Assembly (NCBI GenBank): GCA_963931105.1
Contig: OZ007004.1
Location: 622,973 to 686,972, forward strand
Reading direction: 5' to 3'
Length of the DNA stretch: 64,000 bases
Source of the DNA: an uncultured Peptococcaceae bacterium
GTDB lineage: Bacteria > Bacillota > Peptococcia > Peptococcales > Peptococcaceae
Below, piece after piece: positions 38,101 to 46,174 of the stretch; within the stretch, counting starts at the first letter, position 1; every line of letters starts with the position of its first letter. The notes beneath the pieces are model-generated. The model had not been told where the DNA came from, did no database searches, and was given only the letters and a program-made list of their open reading frames with translations. A program made the position numbers and the translations under genes.

Positions 38101-38646
38101 CTAAAGATGCGCGATCGCCACTTCCGCCGTTACCGAGGGATTGTGGCGCACCGGATCAAAATAATCCGCCGTCGTGAAAAGAAACTGACACTTCACACGA
38201 TCGCCCGCTCTGTAGCAGGCGCTGTCCGCCGGCACATCCACCGTCGCCACAAGCCGCCCACCAAGCTCCTCCAGCGTGCGACGACTGGCAGCATTATCCG
38301 GGTTGCAGGTGATGATACACTCACCCAGCCCCAACTCGTAAGCAAAATGCAGGAGCAGCCGCGTCGCCTTGAGCGCATAGTGATTGCCGCGATGCGGCCT
38401 GTAAACACGATAGCCCACATGTCCGGAATAGGCGATCTCTGGATGCATTCCCACGCGCAGATCGCAATGTCCCAGCTCGCGGCGCATCTCCGTCGCATCA
38501 ACGATCTTGAAAAAATAGCTCGGCAGCTCGCCAACATACGCCGATCCCCACTGATACTGTCGCAGCAACAGCTGGATCTCGCCGTCGCTGAGATGCGACG
38601 TGTCCTGTGCGCGCAACGGATGCAGCAGATTTTTGAAAAATGCCAT
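38101..38646 (-). CDS. GNAT family N-acetyltransferase
   Basis: 181 aa; ...GYRVYRPHRGNHYALKATRLLLHFAYE... Has its own TGGTACAAT extended -10 at ~38672-38680. Confidence 0.75.
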   Translation of the reverse strand: MAFFKNLLHPLRAQDTSHLSDGEIQLLLRQYQWGSAYVGELPSYFFKIVDATEMRRELGHCDLRVGMHPEIAYSGHVGYRVYRPHRGNHYALKATRLLLHFAYELGLGECIITCNPDNAASRRTLEELGGRLVATVDVPADSACYRAGDRVKCQFLFTTADYFDPVRHNPSVTAEVAIAHL

Positions 38647-38701
38647 GGAATCGTCCCCCCGATCCGTGTCGTTATCTGCATTGTACCATAAAATCAGGCA
38701 T

Positions 38702-38738
38702 AAAAAAACAGGCGCCAGGAGGAAAGCTGGGCGCCTGT
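38702..38738 (-). terminator. rho-independent terminator of the RNA candidate
   Basis: CAGGCGCC..loop..GGCGCCUG followed by U7 on the minus strand. Confidence 0.85.
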
Positions 38739-39160
38739 GAACTAAGGAGGACCAGGCGAGAGCAGCCTGGCGTGTGAAACCGCTTTTTGACCGTCGGAAA
38801 TGATCCTTCTGTGCACAAAAGGCTCGGGCGTATGCATGACGGTTGCACCTGGGCAGCCCGGTTTTCCGCGATCACGGATGGCTGAGAAGCATCGCAGGTC
38901 CTCATTATGGCTATGGAATACAGCGGCGGCTGGACACCGCGGCATTCGTACAGAGAAGCGCCTGGCGACAGCGTCTGGAGCTACCGTCGCCACAGCGCGA
39001 TTCTCTTTGTCCTACAATTGCAACCTTCTCATACAATCTCCTTCCGTAGGAAACGCAGCTGCAGCTCCAACCGGATCCGTGAACGGTGTCCCCTCCTATC
39101 ACAGAGCGCCGGCCTCTATAGAGTGCTGCGTCAACAGAGGTGCGGTTCGTCGTCCTCTGT
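38702..39160 (-). ncRNA. unclassified ~460-nt structured RNA candidate (independent transcription unit)
   Basis: No credible ORF on either strand. Consensus promoter upstream and a strong terminator downstream. Multiple perfect 6-10 bp helices. Confidence 0.5.
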
Positions 39161-39167
39161 TAAACCT

Positions 39168-39196
39168 ATTATAGTACTATGTTATGCCCGTTGCAA
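39168..39196 (-). promoter_or_regulatory. sigma70 promoter of the RNA candidate
   Basis: TTGCAA-N17-TATAAT read on the minus strand. Confidence 0.6.
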
Positions 39197-39354
39197 GCAT
39201 CTTTTTTCCTACATATTCAGTATCGTTTTGCAATCTCCTGCCAGCAACCGGAAAATACGGCAACAGCTTTCCTTATTATAAGGAAGAAAAACGTCACATT
39301 CACACCAAAAGCCGCATCAGCACGCGGTTTTCCAGCGCTTTGCACTGCGCGCGA

Positions 39355-39675
39355 TCAATGCCCACTCGTTGCCTTGAGACCGATGATGCCCACGAGAAGC
39401 AGGCACACAAAAATGGCGCGCAGAGGAAACATCGCTTCCTTAAAAAGCAGCATGCCAACGACGACAGACCCCAGCGCGCCAATGCCTGTCCAGATCGCGT
39501 AGGCGGTGCCCATCGGCAGCGTTTTCATGACATGGCTGAGCAGCCCAAAGCTCACAAGCATGCCAGCAATGGTCAGCGCCGTGTAGAAATGCTGCGTAAA
39601 ACCGTGGGAGAGTTTCATACACGTCGCCCAGAAAACCTCAAACAATCCCGCAATAAGAAGATAGACCCAAGCCAT
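39355..39675 (-). CDS. sugE: SMR family transporter, SugE/Gdx (guanidinium exporter)-like
   Basis: MAWVYLLIAGLFEVFWATCMKLS...GTAYAIWTGIGALG; 106 aa, 4 TM, conserved Glu in TM1. Confidence 0.9.
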   Translation of the reverse strand: MAWVYLLIAGLFEVFWATCMKLSHGFTQHFYTALTIAGMLVSFGLLSHVMKTLPMGTAYAIWTGIGALGSVVVGMLLFKEAMFPLRAIFVCLLLVGIIGLKATSGH

Positions 39676-39793
39676 AGATTTTTCTCCTTTCTCTCTGCAC
39701 AAAAGAAAAAGCGCCCCCTGCGCTGTATCTTCTACGGCCTAACGATACAGCGCCGAAGCGCTCCGTGTTCACCCGGCGGCGAACAATTATTCT
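39676..39793 (-). promoter_or_regulatory. attenuator/riboswitch-like 5' leader of sugE
   Basis: Mutually exclusive helices: AGCGC-UUCG-GCGCU (39762-39749), a 10-bp GCGCUGUAUC/GAUACAGCGC helix (39753-39720), and the terminator AGCGC-AGGGG-GCGCU plus U-run (39724-39701). Confidence 0.5.
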
Positions 39794-39799
39794 GGATCC

Positions 39800-39828
39800 A
39801 TCTTAGCAAAAGCGTGATCACCTGTCAA
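39800..39828 (-). promoter_or_regulatory. sigma70 promoter of sugE
   Basis: TTGACA-N17-TAAGAT on the minus strand. Confidence 0.55.
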
Positions 39829-39865
39829 GAACGGGCGAAAATCTCTCGCGCAACGCGCCTTTCCC

Positions 39866-39894
39866 TTGTCACGCGCGCAATGTCATGCTATAAT
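39866..39894 (+). promoter_or_regulatory. sigma70 promoter of the SCIFF gene
   Basis: TTGTCA-N17-TATAAT with an extended TG. Confidence 0.6.
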
Positions 39895-39929
39895 AATATA
39901 GTAAATCTATGCTGAAAGGGGTATTGGAA

Positions 39930-40070
39930 ATGTCCAAACATATCAAAACTATCAGCGCTCAGAAACTTCAGAAGACCCTGAAGACTGGCGGCTGCGGCGA
40001 ATGCCAGACCTCTTGCCAATCCGCTTGCAAAACCAGCTGCACGGTTGGCAACCAAGTATGCAAGCACTAA
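39930..40070 (+). CDS. scfA: SCIFF (six-cysteines-in-forty-five) ranthipeptide precursor
   Basis: MSKHIKTISAQKLQKTLKTGGCGECQTSCQSACKTSCTVGNQVCKH. The core GGCGECQTSCQSACKTSCTVGNQ matches the SCIFF family as I remember it. RBS AAAGGGG. Absent from the supplied ORF track (<60 aa). Confidence 0.9.
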   Translation: MSKHIKTISAQKLQKTLKTGGCGECQTSCQSACKTSCTVGNQVCKH

Positions 40071-40080
40071 TCCCATCCCG

Positions 40081-40113
40081 AGACCTGCCTGTGGCGCGGG
40101 TCTTTTCTTTTTC
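40081..40113 (+). terminator. rho-independent terminator (first of a tandem pair)
   Basis: AGACCUGC-loop-GCGGGUCU followed by UUUCUUUUU. Confidence 0.75.
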
Positions 40114-40124
40114 AAATGCAGTTG

Positions 40125-40160
40125 AGATCGCTCGAGGGTTGTAGGGGGCGATCTTTTTTA
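40125..40160 (+). terminator. rho-independent terminator (second of the tandem pair)
   Basis: AGAUCGC...GCGAUCU followed by UUUUUU. Confidence 0.65.
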
Positions 40161-40316
40161 TTCCCAGTGGCTCAGTCAGAATATGACAATCCGTTGAACG
40201 ACGTTCATCAAAATTTTTAATGTCCCGCCATCTGGTATTCTAAAATTATTGTGCTATAATAATTATTTGCCATTATAAAGTAGTAGAAAAAAGTTTTTGA
40301 ATGGAGGTTGACATCT

Positions 40317-41696
40317 ATGGCAGAAGTTTCAAAACGAACACGTACAGCCATCTACCTGATGATGCTGGGCAGCTTCCTCGGTTCCATCAACCAGACAATC
40401 CTCAGTCCTGCTCTGCCAAGCATCATGGCCGATCTGCATATTGACGCCTCGGCCGGTCAGTGGTTGACGACCATCTTCCTCTTGGTCAACGGGATCATGA
40501 TCCCTTGCACCGCGTATCTTATGGCGCGCTTCACGACGCGTCAGCTCTATCTCGCAGCAATGACGCTTTTCGCTGTCGGCACGCTGCTCTGCGGTCTGGC
40601 GCACACCTTTGTCCTCTTGCTTCTTGCGCGTGTGTTACAGGCGATGGGCTTTGGCGTATTAATGCCACTCCTTTCCGGGACCGTCCTCATGGTGTATCCA
40701 CCAAACCAGCGCGGTAAAGCGATGGGCATGATCGGGCTCGTCTTTTCGATCGCACCAGCCATCGGCCCTTCGATCGCAGGCTTTGTCATCGATGCCTACG
40801 GCTGGAATGTCGTCTTCCTCGGGCTGGTTCCGCTGATCGTTATCGATATCATCCTCAGCGCCGTCATCATGCCAAACACCGGCGAAACCCATCACATCGA
40901 TCTCGATAAAACATCCGTCCTGCTCTCGACGCTGGGCTTCGGCGGTCTGCTTTACGGCTTCAGCTCCGTCGGCAGCTACGGCTGGACCTCGGCGCACGTC
41001 TATGTACCCCTGCTCGCTGGCGCGCTGATCACTTATTTCTTCATCAAACGCCAGAGCAAGCTTGAAACACCGCTCCTGCGTTTTGACGCATTCAAGAGCC
41101 AGCGCTTCACGATCGGTCTCATCATCGGGATGATCATCAATGCCGCCCTCCTTTTCGGTGGCGTGCTCACGCCAATCTATCTGCAGGATATCCACGGCTA
41201 CAGCGTACTCTGGTCCGCACTCATCATGCTGCCTGCTTCGCTCCTCGCAGCCGCGCTAAACCCAGTCGTCGGCAGTCTCTACGACAAGATCGGCGCACGT
41301 CCGCTGGGTATTCTCGGGCTGATCCTTCTGACGATCGGTTCCGGCTGCTACCTTTTCTTCCGTGCACAGACAGAAACCTGGGTGCTCGTCACCCTCTACA
41401 CCATCCGTATCCTCGGTATCAACCTCGTGATGATGCCAATCAATACCTGGAGCATGAGCGACTTCACCGGCGAGATCATTCCTCACGCCAACGCCGTGTT
41501 TGCAACGCTGCGTCAGATCGCCGGCTCTGTCGGTACAGCAATCTTCGTTTCGATCTATTCGGTCGCATCCTACACATCCGATTCTCTCACCGGTATCCAT
41601 GCAGCCTTTGGGGCATCTGCCGTGATGATGATCTGCGCAGTCATCCTGGCGATCCTCAAGATCGAAAAGAAACCCAAAAAATCTTGGGAGCGATGA
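40317..41696 (+). CDS. MFS transporter, DHA2 (EmrB/QacA-like) family
   Basis: 14 TMS. GGAGG RBS lies before ATG 40317. Extended -10 TGCTATAAT at 40252-40260. Confidence 0.88.
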   Translation: MAEVSKRTRTAIYLMMLGSFLGSINQTILSPALPSIMADLHIDASAGQWLTTIFLLVNGIMIPCTAYLMARFTTRQLYLAAMTLFAVGTLLCGLAHTFVLLLLARVLQAMGFGVLMPLLSGTVLMVYPPNQRGKAMGMIGLVFSIAPAIGPSIAGFVIDAYGWNVVFLGLVPLIVIDIILSAVIMPNTGETHHIDLDKTSVLLSTLGFGGLLYGFSSVGSYGWTSAHVYVPLLAGALITYFFIKRQSKLETPLLRFDAFKSQRFTIGLIIGMIINAALLFGGVLTPIYLQDIHGYSVLWSALIMLPASLLAAALNPVVGSLYDKIGARPLGILGLILLTIGSGCYLFFRAQTETWVLVTLYTIRILGINLVMMPINTWSMSDFTGEIIPHANAVFATLRQIAGSVGTAIFVSIYSVASYTSDSLTGIHAAFGASAVMMICAVILAILKIEKKPKKSWER

Positions 41697-41711
41697 GAGC
41701 GCTTCATGACC

Positions 41712-41738
41712 AAGAAGGCCTGCGGGCCTTCTTTTTTT
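41712..41738 (+). terminator. rho-independent terminator
   Basis: AAGAAGGCC-UGCG-GGCCUUCUU followed by a U-run. Confidence 0.85.
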
Positions 41739-41883
41739 GCGGCGACAACAGTTTAACAAAAGTTTATAATTAATTTATGCTTTTGTTATTGGCATTTGCC
41801 CGCCATAAAGCTATACTTGATGTAACAAAACAAGTTCAAATACGCGAACATAATCGCCCACTCATCAAAAAGGAGGATCCATC

Positions 41884-42486
41884 ATGAAAAAGATCATCGG
41901 AGCCATCGCCATCATCGCATTAGCAGTCATCGTCGGGATCGGCGCAGGCTATTACTTCACCCACCAGAACAGCGGCTCTCCGCAGAACGCGAGCACAACC
42001 AGCAGCACAGCCACCATTTCGGAAGCTGAAGCGCAGCAGATCGCCCTCGAGGATGCCGGTCTCGCCGAAGCAGATGTCAGCTTCACAAAAACAAAACTCG
42101 ACCGCGACGACGGCCGCCAGCAATATGAGATCGAATTTATCGCCAGCGCTGACAACGCCAAGTACGATTATGAGATCGACGCACAGAGCGGCGCCATCCT
42201 TTCCGTTGACCGCGAGCAGGGGCGCGACAGCAATGCACAGCAAAACACCACCACCAGCCCACAGACCGCTGATGAGATCACCGCTGACGAAGCCAAAGCG
42301 ATCGCTCTGCAGCACGCCGGTGTCGCCGAAGCCGATGCGCTTTACGTCGATATTGACTACGACCGCGACGACGGCGTCAACGAATGGAGCGTGGATTTTG
42401 CCACCCAGGACACCGAATACGATTATGAGATCGCAGCCGCCGACGGCAGCATCATGAAATCTGAACGCGAACCCTATCGCCCTTAA
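41884..42486 (+). CDS. PepSY domain-containing membrane-anchored protein (two PepSY repeats)
   Basis: N-terminal TM helix, then two copies of ISEAEAQQIALEDAGL...YEIEF / ITADEAKAIALQHAGV...WSVDF. Confidence 0.85.
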   Translation: MKKIIGAIAIIALAVIVGIGAGYYFTHQNSGSPQNASTTSSTATISEAEAQQIALEDAGLAEADVSFTKTKLDRDDGRQQYEIEFIASADNAKYDYEIDAQSGAILSVDREQGRDSNAQQNTTTSPQTADEITADEAKAIALQHAGVAEADALYVDIDYDRDDGVNEWSVDFATQDTEYDYEIAAADGSIMKSEREPYRP

Positions 42487-42492
42487 CCACAC

Positions 42493-42526
42493 AGCCGACG
42501 TTTCCACCTGAAGCGTCGGCTTTTTT
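42493..42526 (+). terminator. rho-independent terminator
   Basis: AGCCGACG-loop-CGUCGGCU followed by UUUUU. Confidence 0.85.
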
Positions 42527-42624
42527 GCAGGCAACCGCTGGGAATCGTCACCAAATTGTGCTTTTCAGCCACGCGATTATGATTTACAATAGTCCTATCT
42601 ACGTCATCACGAGGGGGCTCAATC

Positions 42625-44370
42625 ATGTCCAACAACCGATTCCGCGACTATGCGCACACCGTGCTCGGACAGCTGCCGACGCGCACCGCCCACGATTTTT
42701 TCAAAAACCTCAAAGCCAACTGGTATTTTCCGCTCTCAGCGCTCGCCTTTTTCTGGCCGCAGGTGCAGTGGCTTGTCGAACCAGAGATCTGGCACATCAG
42801 CCTCGCCATCACTTTTATCTGCATGCTTTTCATCAGCGGTCAGCTGCCAAACCTGTGGAACGAAACCCGCGCCCACGGCTGGTTCGTGCAAATGTGGACA
42901 CTCCTTTCTGCGTGCGGCATCCTGCTGCGCAGTCAGCGCTTCGCATATGACGCCCTCGCCAGCAACGCCAGCTTCCAGGCACTCGTTGCAGACAGCAGCG
43001 CCAACATGGCGCGTTTCGTCAGTGTCGCACTGGCCCTTGGCGGCTTTCTCTTCATCTACATCTGCCTCTGCTGGTTCTGGACCCGTCTCGGCGAAATGCT
43101 GCGCGACTGTCTGCTCCTTTCCAAACTCACACGCTGGGAATGGGCACTCTACAGTTTGCTCGCTCTGGCAGAGATCTTCTGCATGGCGCGCATCTTTTTT
43201 GCTACCACCGCTTTCTACACCAACGACCCAAGCGGCTACGACATCATCTACACAAGCGATTCTGGCGCCCTTGTCAACAACATGGGCTATCTCTTCATCA
43301 CCTTCCCGGAAAACGACCTGCGCCAACCACTTTTCGCTCTCTTCGCCGCACCATTTCTCGGCGCACCATATTTCCTCGGGCAGATCCTCCAGCTTTCTCC
43401 GACTTCACAGGCCATCCTCGTCGACGCCGTGCAGATCGTCATGCTCGTTCTCGCCAATCTGCTCCTGACGCGCCTGCTCGATCTCAAGCCGCTCGAACGC
43501 GCCGCGCTCATGCTCATCACAAGCTTTACCTACGCTCAGATGCTCGGCGTACTGATGATGGAACAGTACATCGTCGCTTATTTCTGGCTCGCCCTCACAC
43601 TCGCCCTCCTCGCCGCAAACCGTGAAGCCATCAGCAGCAATATAACGGATGGGTATAAACCGCATTTTATCGCCCTTTACGGCGCTGGCAGCACCTTGCT
43701 CACCAGTCTTTTCTGGACACCGCTCCATTCTGCCCATTCACCATTCCGCGATTTTCGCAAATGGTTTCTCGACATGCTCAAATGTGGCTTAGGCTTCATC
43801 GCGCTGCTTTTCGTTTTCGGTCGCTACGATGTTTTTGCAACCCTCATCGACAAGATCGAATCACTCGATAAATTTACCGGCAAAGCCGTTCCGCTCAGCG
43901 GACGCATCGAGCAATACACAGCCTTCATCCACGACATCTTTCTCGCGCCAGCCGCCAGCGCCGGACTCACCGGCACAGAACCAGCCACCCACATTTCCTG
44001 GATGCTCGCCCCCGTGGAGCAGCTCAATCTCGTCGGGCTCATCATCCTTGCCCTCGCGCTCGTGAGCCTTCTGCTCAACCGCCACAGCCGCGCCGCCAGC
44101 ATGGCCGGCTGCTGGATCCTTTTCTCCCTCGCCCTCCTCGTCGGACTCGGCTGGGGAACAAAAGAAAACGGGCTCATCCTCTACGCCCTCTACTTCGGCT
44201 GGGCATACGTCCTTCTCCTTTTCCAGCTGCTCCTGAAACTCACCCGCTACCTCCAAGCCACCTGGCTCCTCGTCCTCTTCAGCCTGCTCATCACCGCCCT
44301 CCTCGCCGGTGTCAACATCCCAGGCATCCTCGAGATCATTCATTTCGGGCTGGAATATTTTGCGAGATAA
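42625..44370 (+). CDS. large polytopic membrane protein, function unknown
   Basis: 581 aa, >12 hydrophobic segments. No family recognised. Confidence 0.6.
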   Translation: MSNNRFRDYAHTVLGQLPTRTAHDFFKNLKANWYFPLSALAFFWPQVQWLVEPEIWHISLAITFICMLFISGQLPNLWNETRAHGWFVQMWTLLSACGILLRSQRFAYDALASNASFQALVADSSANMARFVSVALALGGFLFIYICLCWFWTRLGEMLRDCLLLSKLTRWEWALYSLLALAEIFCMARIFFATTAFYTNDPSGYDIIYTSDSGALVNNMGYLFITFPENDLRQPLFALFAAPFLGAPYFLGQILQLSPTSQAILVDAVQIVMLVLANLLLTRLLDLKPLERAALMLITSFTYAQMLGVLMMEQYIVAYFWLALTLALLAANREAISSNITDGYKPHFIALYGAGSTLLTSLFWTPLHSAHSPFRDFRKWFLDMLKCGLGFIALLFVFGRYDVFATLIDKIESLDKFTGKAVPLSGRIEQYTAFIHDIFLAPAASAGLTGTEPATHISWMLAPVEQLNLVGLIILALALVSLLLNRHSRAASMAGCWILFSLALLVGLGWGTKENGLILYALYFGWAYVLLLFQLLLKLTRYLQATWLLVLFSLLITALLAGVNIPGILEIIHFGLEYFAR

Positions 44371-44376
44371 AAACAA

Positions 44377-44426
44377 AACCGCCGTCGTTGCAACCACAGA
44401 GGATCGCAACGACGGCGGTTATTTGT
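44377..44426. terminator. bidirectional rho-independent terminator
   Basis: 15-bp stem AACCGCCGUCGUUGC/GCAACGACGGCGGUU. Confidence 0.85.
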
Positions 44427-44442
44427 ATATTTGCGCCATACT

Positions 44443-45912
44443 TTAGAACATTACATTTCCTAACGGAATCGCAATGCCAAGCACAACGATAAACGCAACA
44501 ACGAGGATCAGGAAACCTGTGAGATAAGCGTCTTTCTTCGTGATCCACTTTTCGTTGCCATAAAGCAGTGCAGCATTTGACGAAGCAGCCGGCGTTGCAT
44601 AAGCGGTCATTGCTGTATAGAAGATAACAAGCATGACAACCACTGGATTGACCCCGAACTGCAAGCCCATTTCTGTGAGCACTGGCGTAAAAACAAGGAA
44701 CAGTACGAGATTGTGGGTTACTTGAGTAGTAATCAGGAAGATGGCAGCAATGACGATGAGGAAGGTGATACCACTGAGGCTGCTGAAGGTCTGCGTCATC
44801 CAAGCGATAACTGACTGCAGCACGCCACATTCTTCTGCTTCCAACGCGTTGCAAATAGGCATGGTGGAGGATACCAGAATGATAAGTTCCCAATTCACAC
44901 CTTTGGCTATGAGGTGGGTGAGGTTAATGTACGGTTCACCATTTTCCTTCTTTACAAGTGCCAGTGCAACCATGCAAAGCGCGCCAACACCTAGGATACT
45001 CATTTCTTCAAGCACAGCCATGCCAGGAATGGTTTCTGGCAGAATACTAGGAAGAGCAAGCGCAAGGATAAAGACTGCAAGCACCAGCGCGCCAACTTTC
45101 TGGTCTCTGTTCATCTTCTGACCACGCAAATGCGCATTCTTTGCACCGGCTTCTTTGACACGGCTCAGGTCTGGCTTTAAAACAAACTTGCATGCCAGAA
45201 GGAAGAGGGCTATCATCACCACGCAAATGATAACATTGTAAATAGTCCAGGTGACAAAGTTAATATCCAACGCCTGACCAATGCCTTGCTGGGTCAATCC
45301 GATGATGATGACCGCAAAAGCCTTAAATGGGAATATTGCACCGGTCACGCCACAGATGATAACAATCACAGAAATGACCATGGCGGTATACTTTGTGCGC
45401 GGTGGTTCGCCAATTTGATCGCAGATTTTGTAGAAGATCATCCAGAGAATGATAATCGTGGCATACATGCTGACAAAGGCCGACATAAAGAACGCAGCGG
45501 CAACGATCAGAAGTGTGAAAACCCATGGTCGTCCTTCACCAATCTTACGGCTAATGAACCAGTTGGCAATGTATTGGTTGAGCCCGCATTCTTCAAGATA
45601 AGCTGCCAAAATGTAAACCATAATGATCATAAGCGGAATATCTGCACCAAAGGCTGCCTGGAATGATTCTGTGACTGTGCAATATTCAGTAGCACCAATT
45701 GCAACGATACCTAAAAGCCCTGGCCAAATAAGACTGACAGTGCACCAACCGTAGAGTACACCGACAAAAATACCAAGCACCTGCATACCAAGTTCTGTGA
45801 TCTGCGCAAACGGTGGCAACTGACCGATGCCAAACATCAGCGCAAAGACAATGACGGTATTGATGTAATAAGCGGTATTCTTTTTCTTTTTTGTTACTGC
45901 TTTCTCTGACAT
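44443..45912 (-). CDS. anion permease, SLC13/DASS (ArsB-NhaD superfamily)-like
   Basis: ~490 aa polytopic. GGGGAGG RBS lies before ATG 45912 (MSEKAVTKKKK...). Confidence 0.6.
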   Translation of the reverse strand: MSEKAVTKKKKNTAYYINTVIVFALMFGIGQLPPFAQITELGMQVLGIFVGVLYGWCTVSLIWPGLLGIVAIGATEYCTVTESFQAAFGADIPLMIIMVYILAAYLEECGLNQYIANWFISRKIGEGRPWVFTLLIVAAAFFMSAFVSMYATIIILWMIFYKICDQIGEPPRTKYTAMVISVIVIICGVTGAIFPFKAFAVIIIGLTQQGIGQALDINFVTWTIYNVIICVVMIALFLLACKFVLKPDLSRVKEAGAKNAHLRGQKMNRDQKVGALVLAVFILALALPSILPETIPGMAVLEEMSILGVGALCMVALALVKKENGEPYINLTHLIAKGVNWELIILVSSTMPICNALEAEECGVLQSVIAWMTQTFSSLSGITFLIVIAAIFLITTQVTHNLVLFLVFTPVLTEMGLQFGVNPVVVMLVIFYTAMTAYATPAASSNAALLYGNEKWITKKDAYLTGFLILVVAFIVVLGIAIPLGNVMF

Positions 45913-46068
45913 GACATAGCCTCCCCTTGAGGTTTTGATTTTCTGCTCGCCCCCTTGAGCAAAAGCAGACACAATGATACATAATAGCAATTAATCTCAA
46001 CAGCACCACATATATCCAATAATCAGTTCTTCGATTGGTCCGGTAAAAAATTTTTATGCATGTGCTTT

Positions 46069-46110
46069 CAAAAAAGCGCGGGGCTCTCACAGGAACAGTC
46101 CCGCGCTTTT
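46069..46110. terminator. rho-independent terminator after the phosphodiesterase gene
   Basis: AGCGCGGGG...CCCCGCGCU stem flanked by an A-run and a U-run. Confidence 0.8.
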
Positions 46111-46174
46111 CAGTCTATGCACTTAGCGTGAAATGTTTTGATGATTTTGGAGGTGACTATCTGATCAAATCGAC

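Noticed and set aside
38702-39160. Assignment of the ORF-free region to RNase P RNA, tmRNA, SRP RNA, 6S RNA, T-box or cobalamin/lysine/M-box riboswitches
   Set aside because: I looked for the core motifs: GAGGAAAGUCC and ACAGAA..GGCUUA for RNase P, a 5' GGGG with 3' UCCACCA and a tag ORF for tmRNA, the T-box sequence, and the B12 box. I found only weak partial resemblances (GGAAAACCGGGC, GAGGACCUGC) in the wrong positions. The region is left unclassified.
39676-39793. Calling the sugE leader a specific guanidine-I, -II or -III riboswitch
   Set aside because: I found no CUAGGGUUCCG/GGGA ykkC core, no paired ACGR tetraloop hairpins, and no ykkC-III ACCCGG...pseudoknot core. Only the attenuator logic is supported by the sequence.
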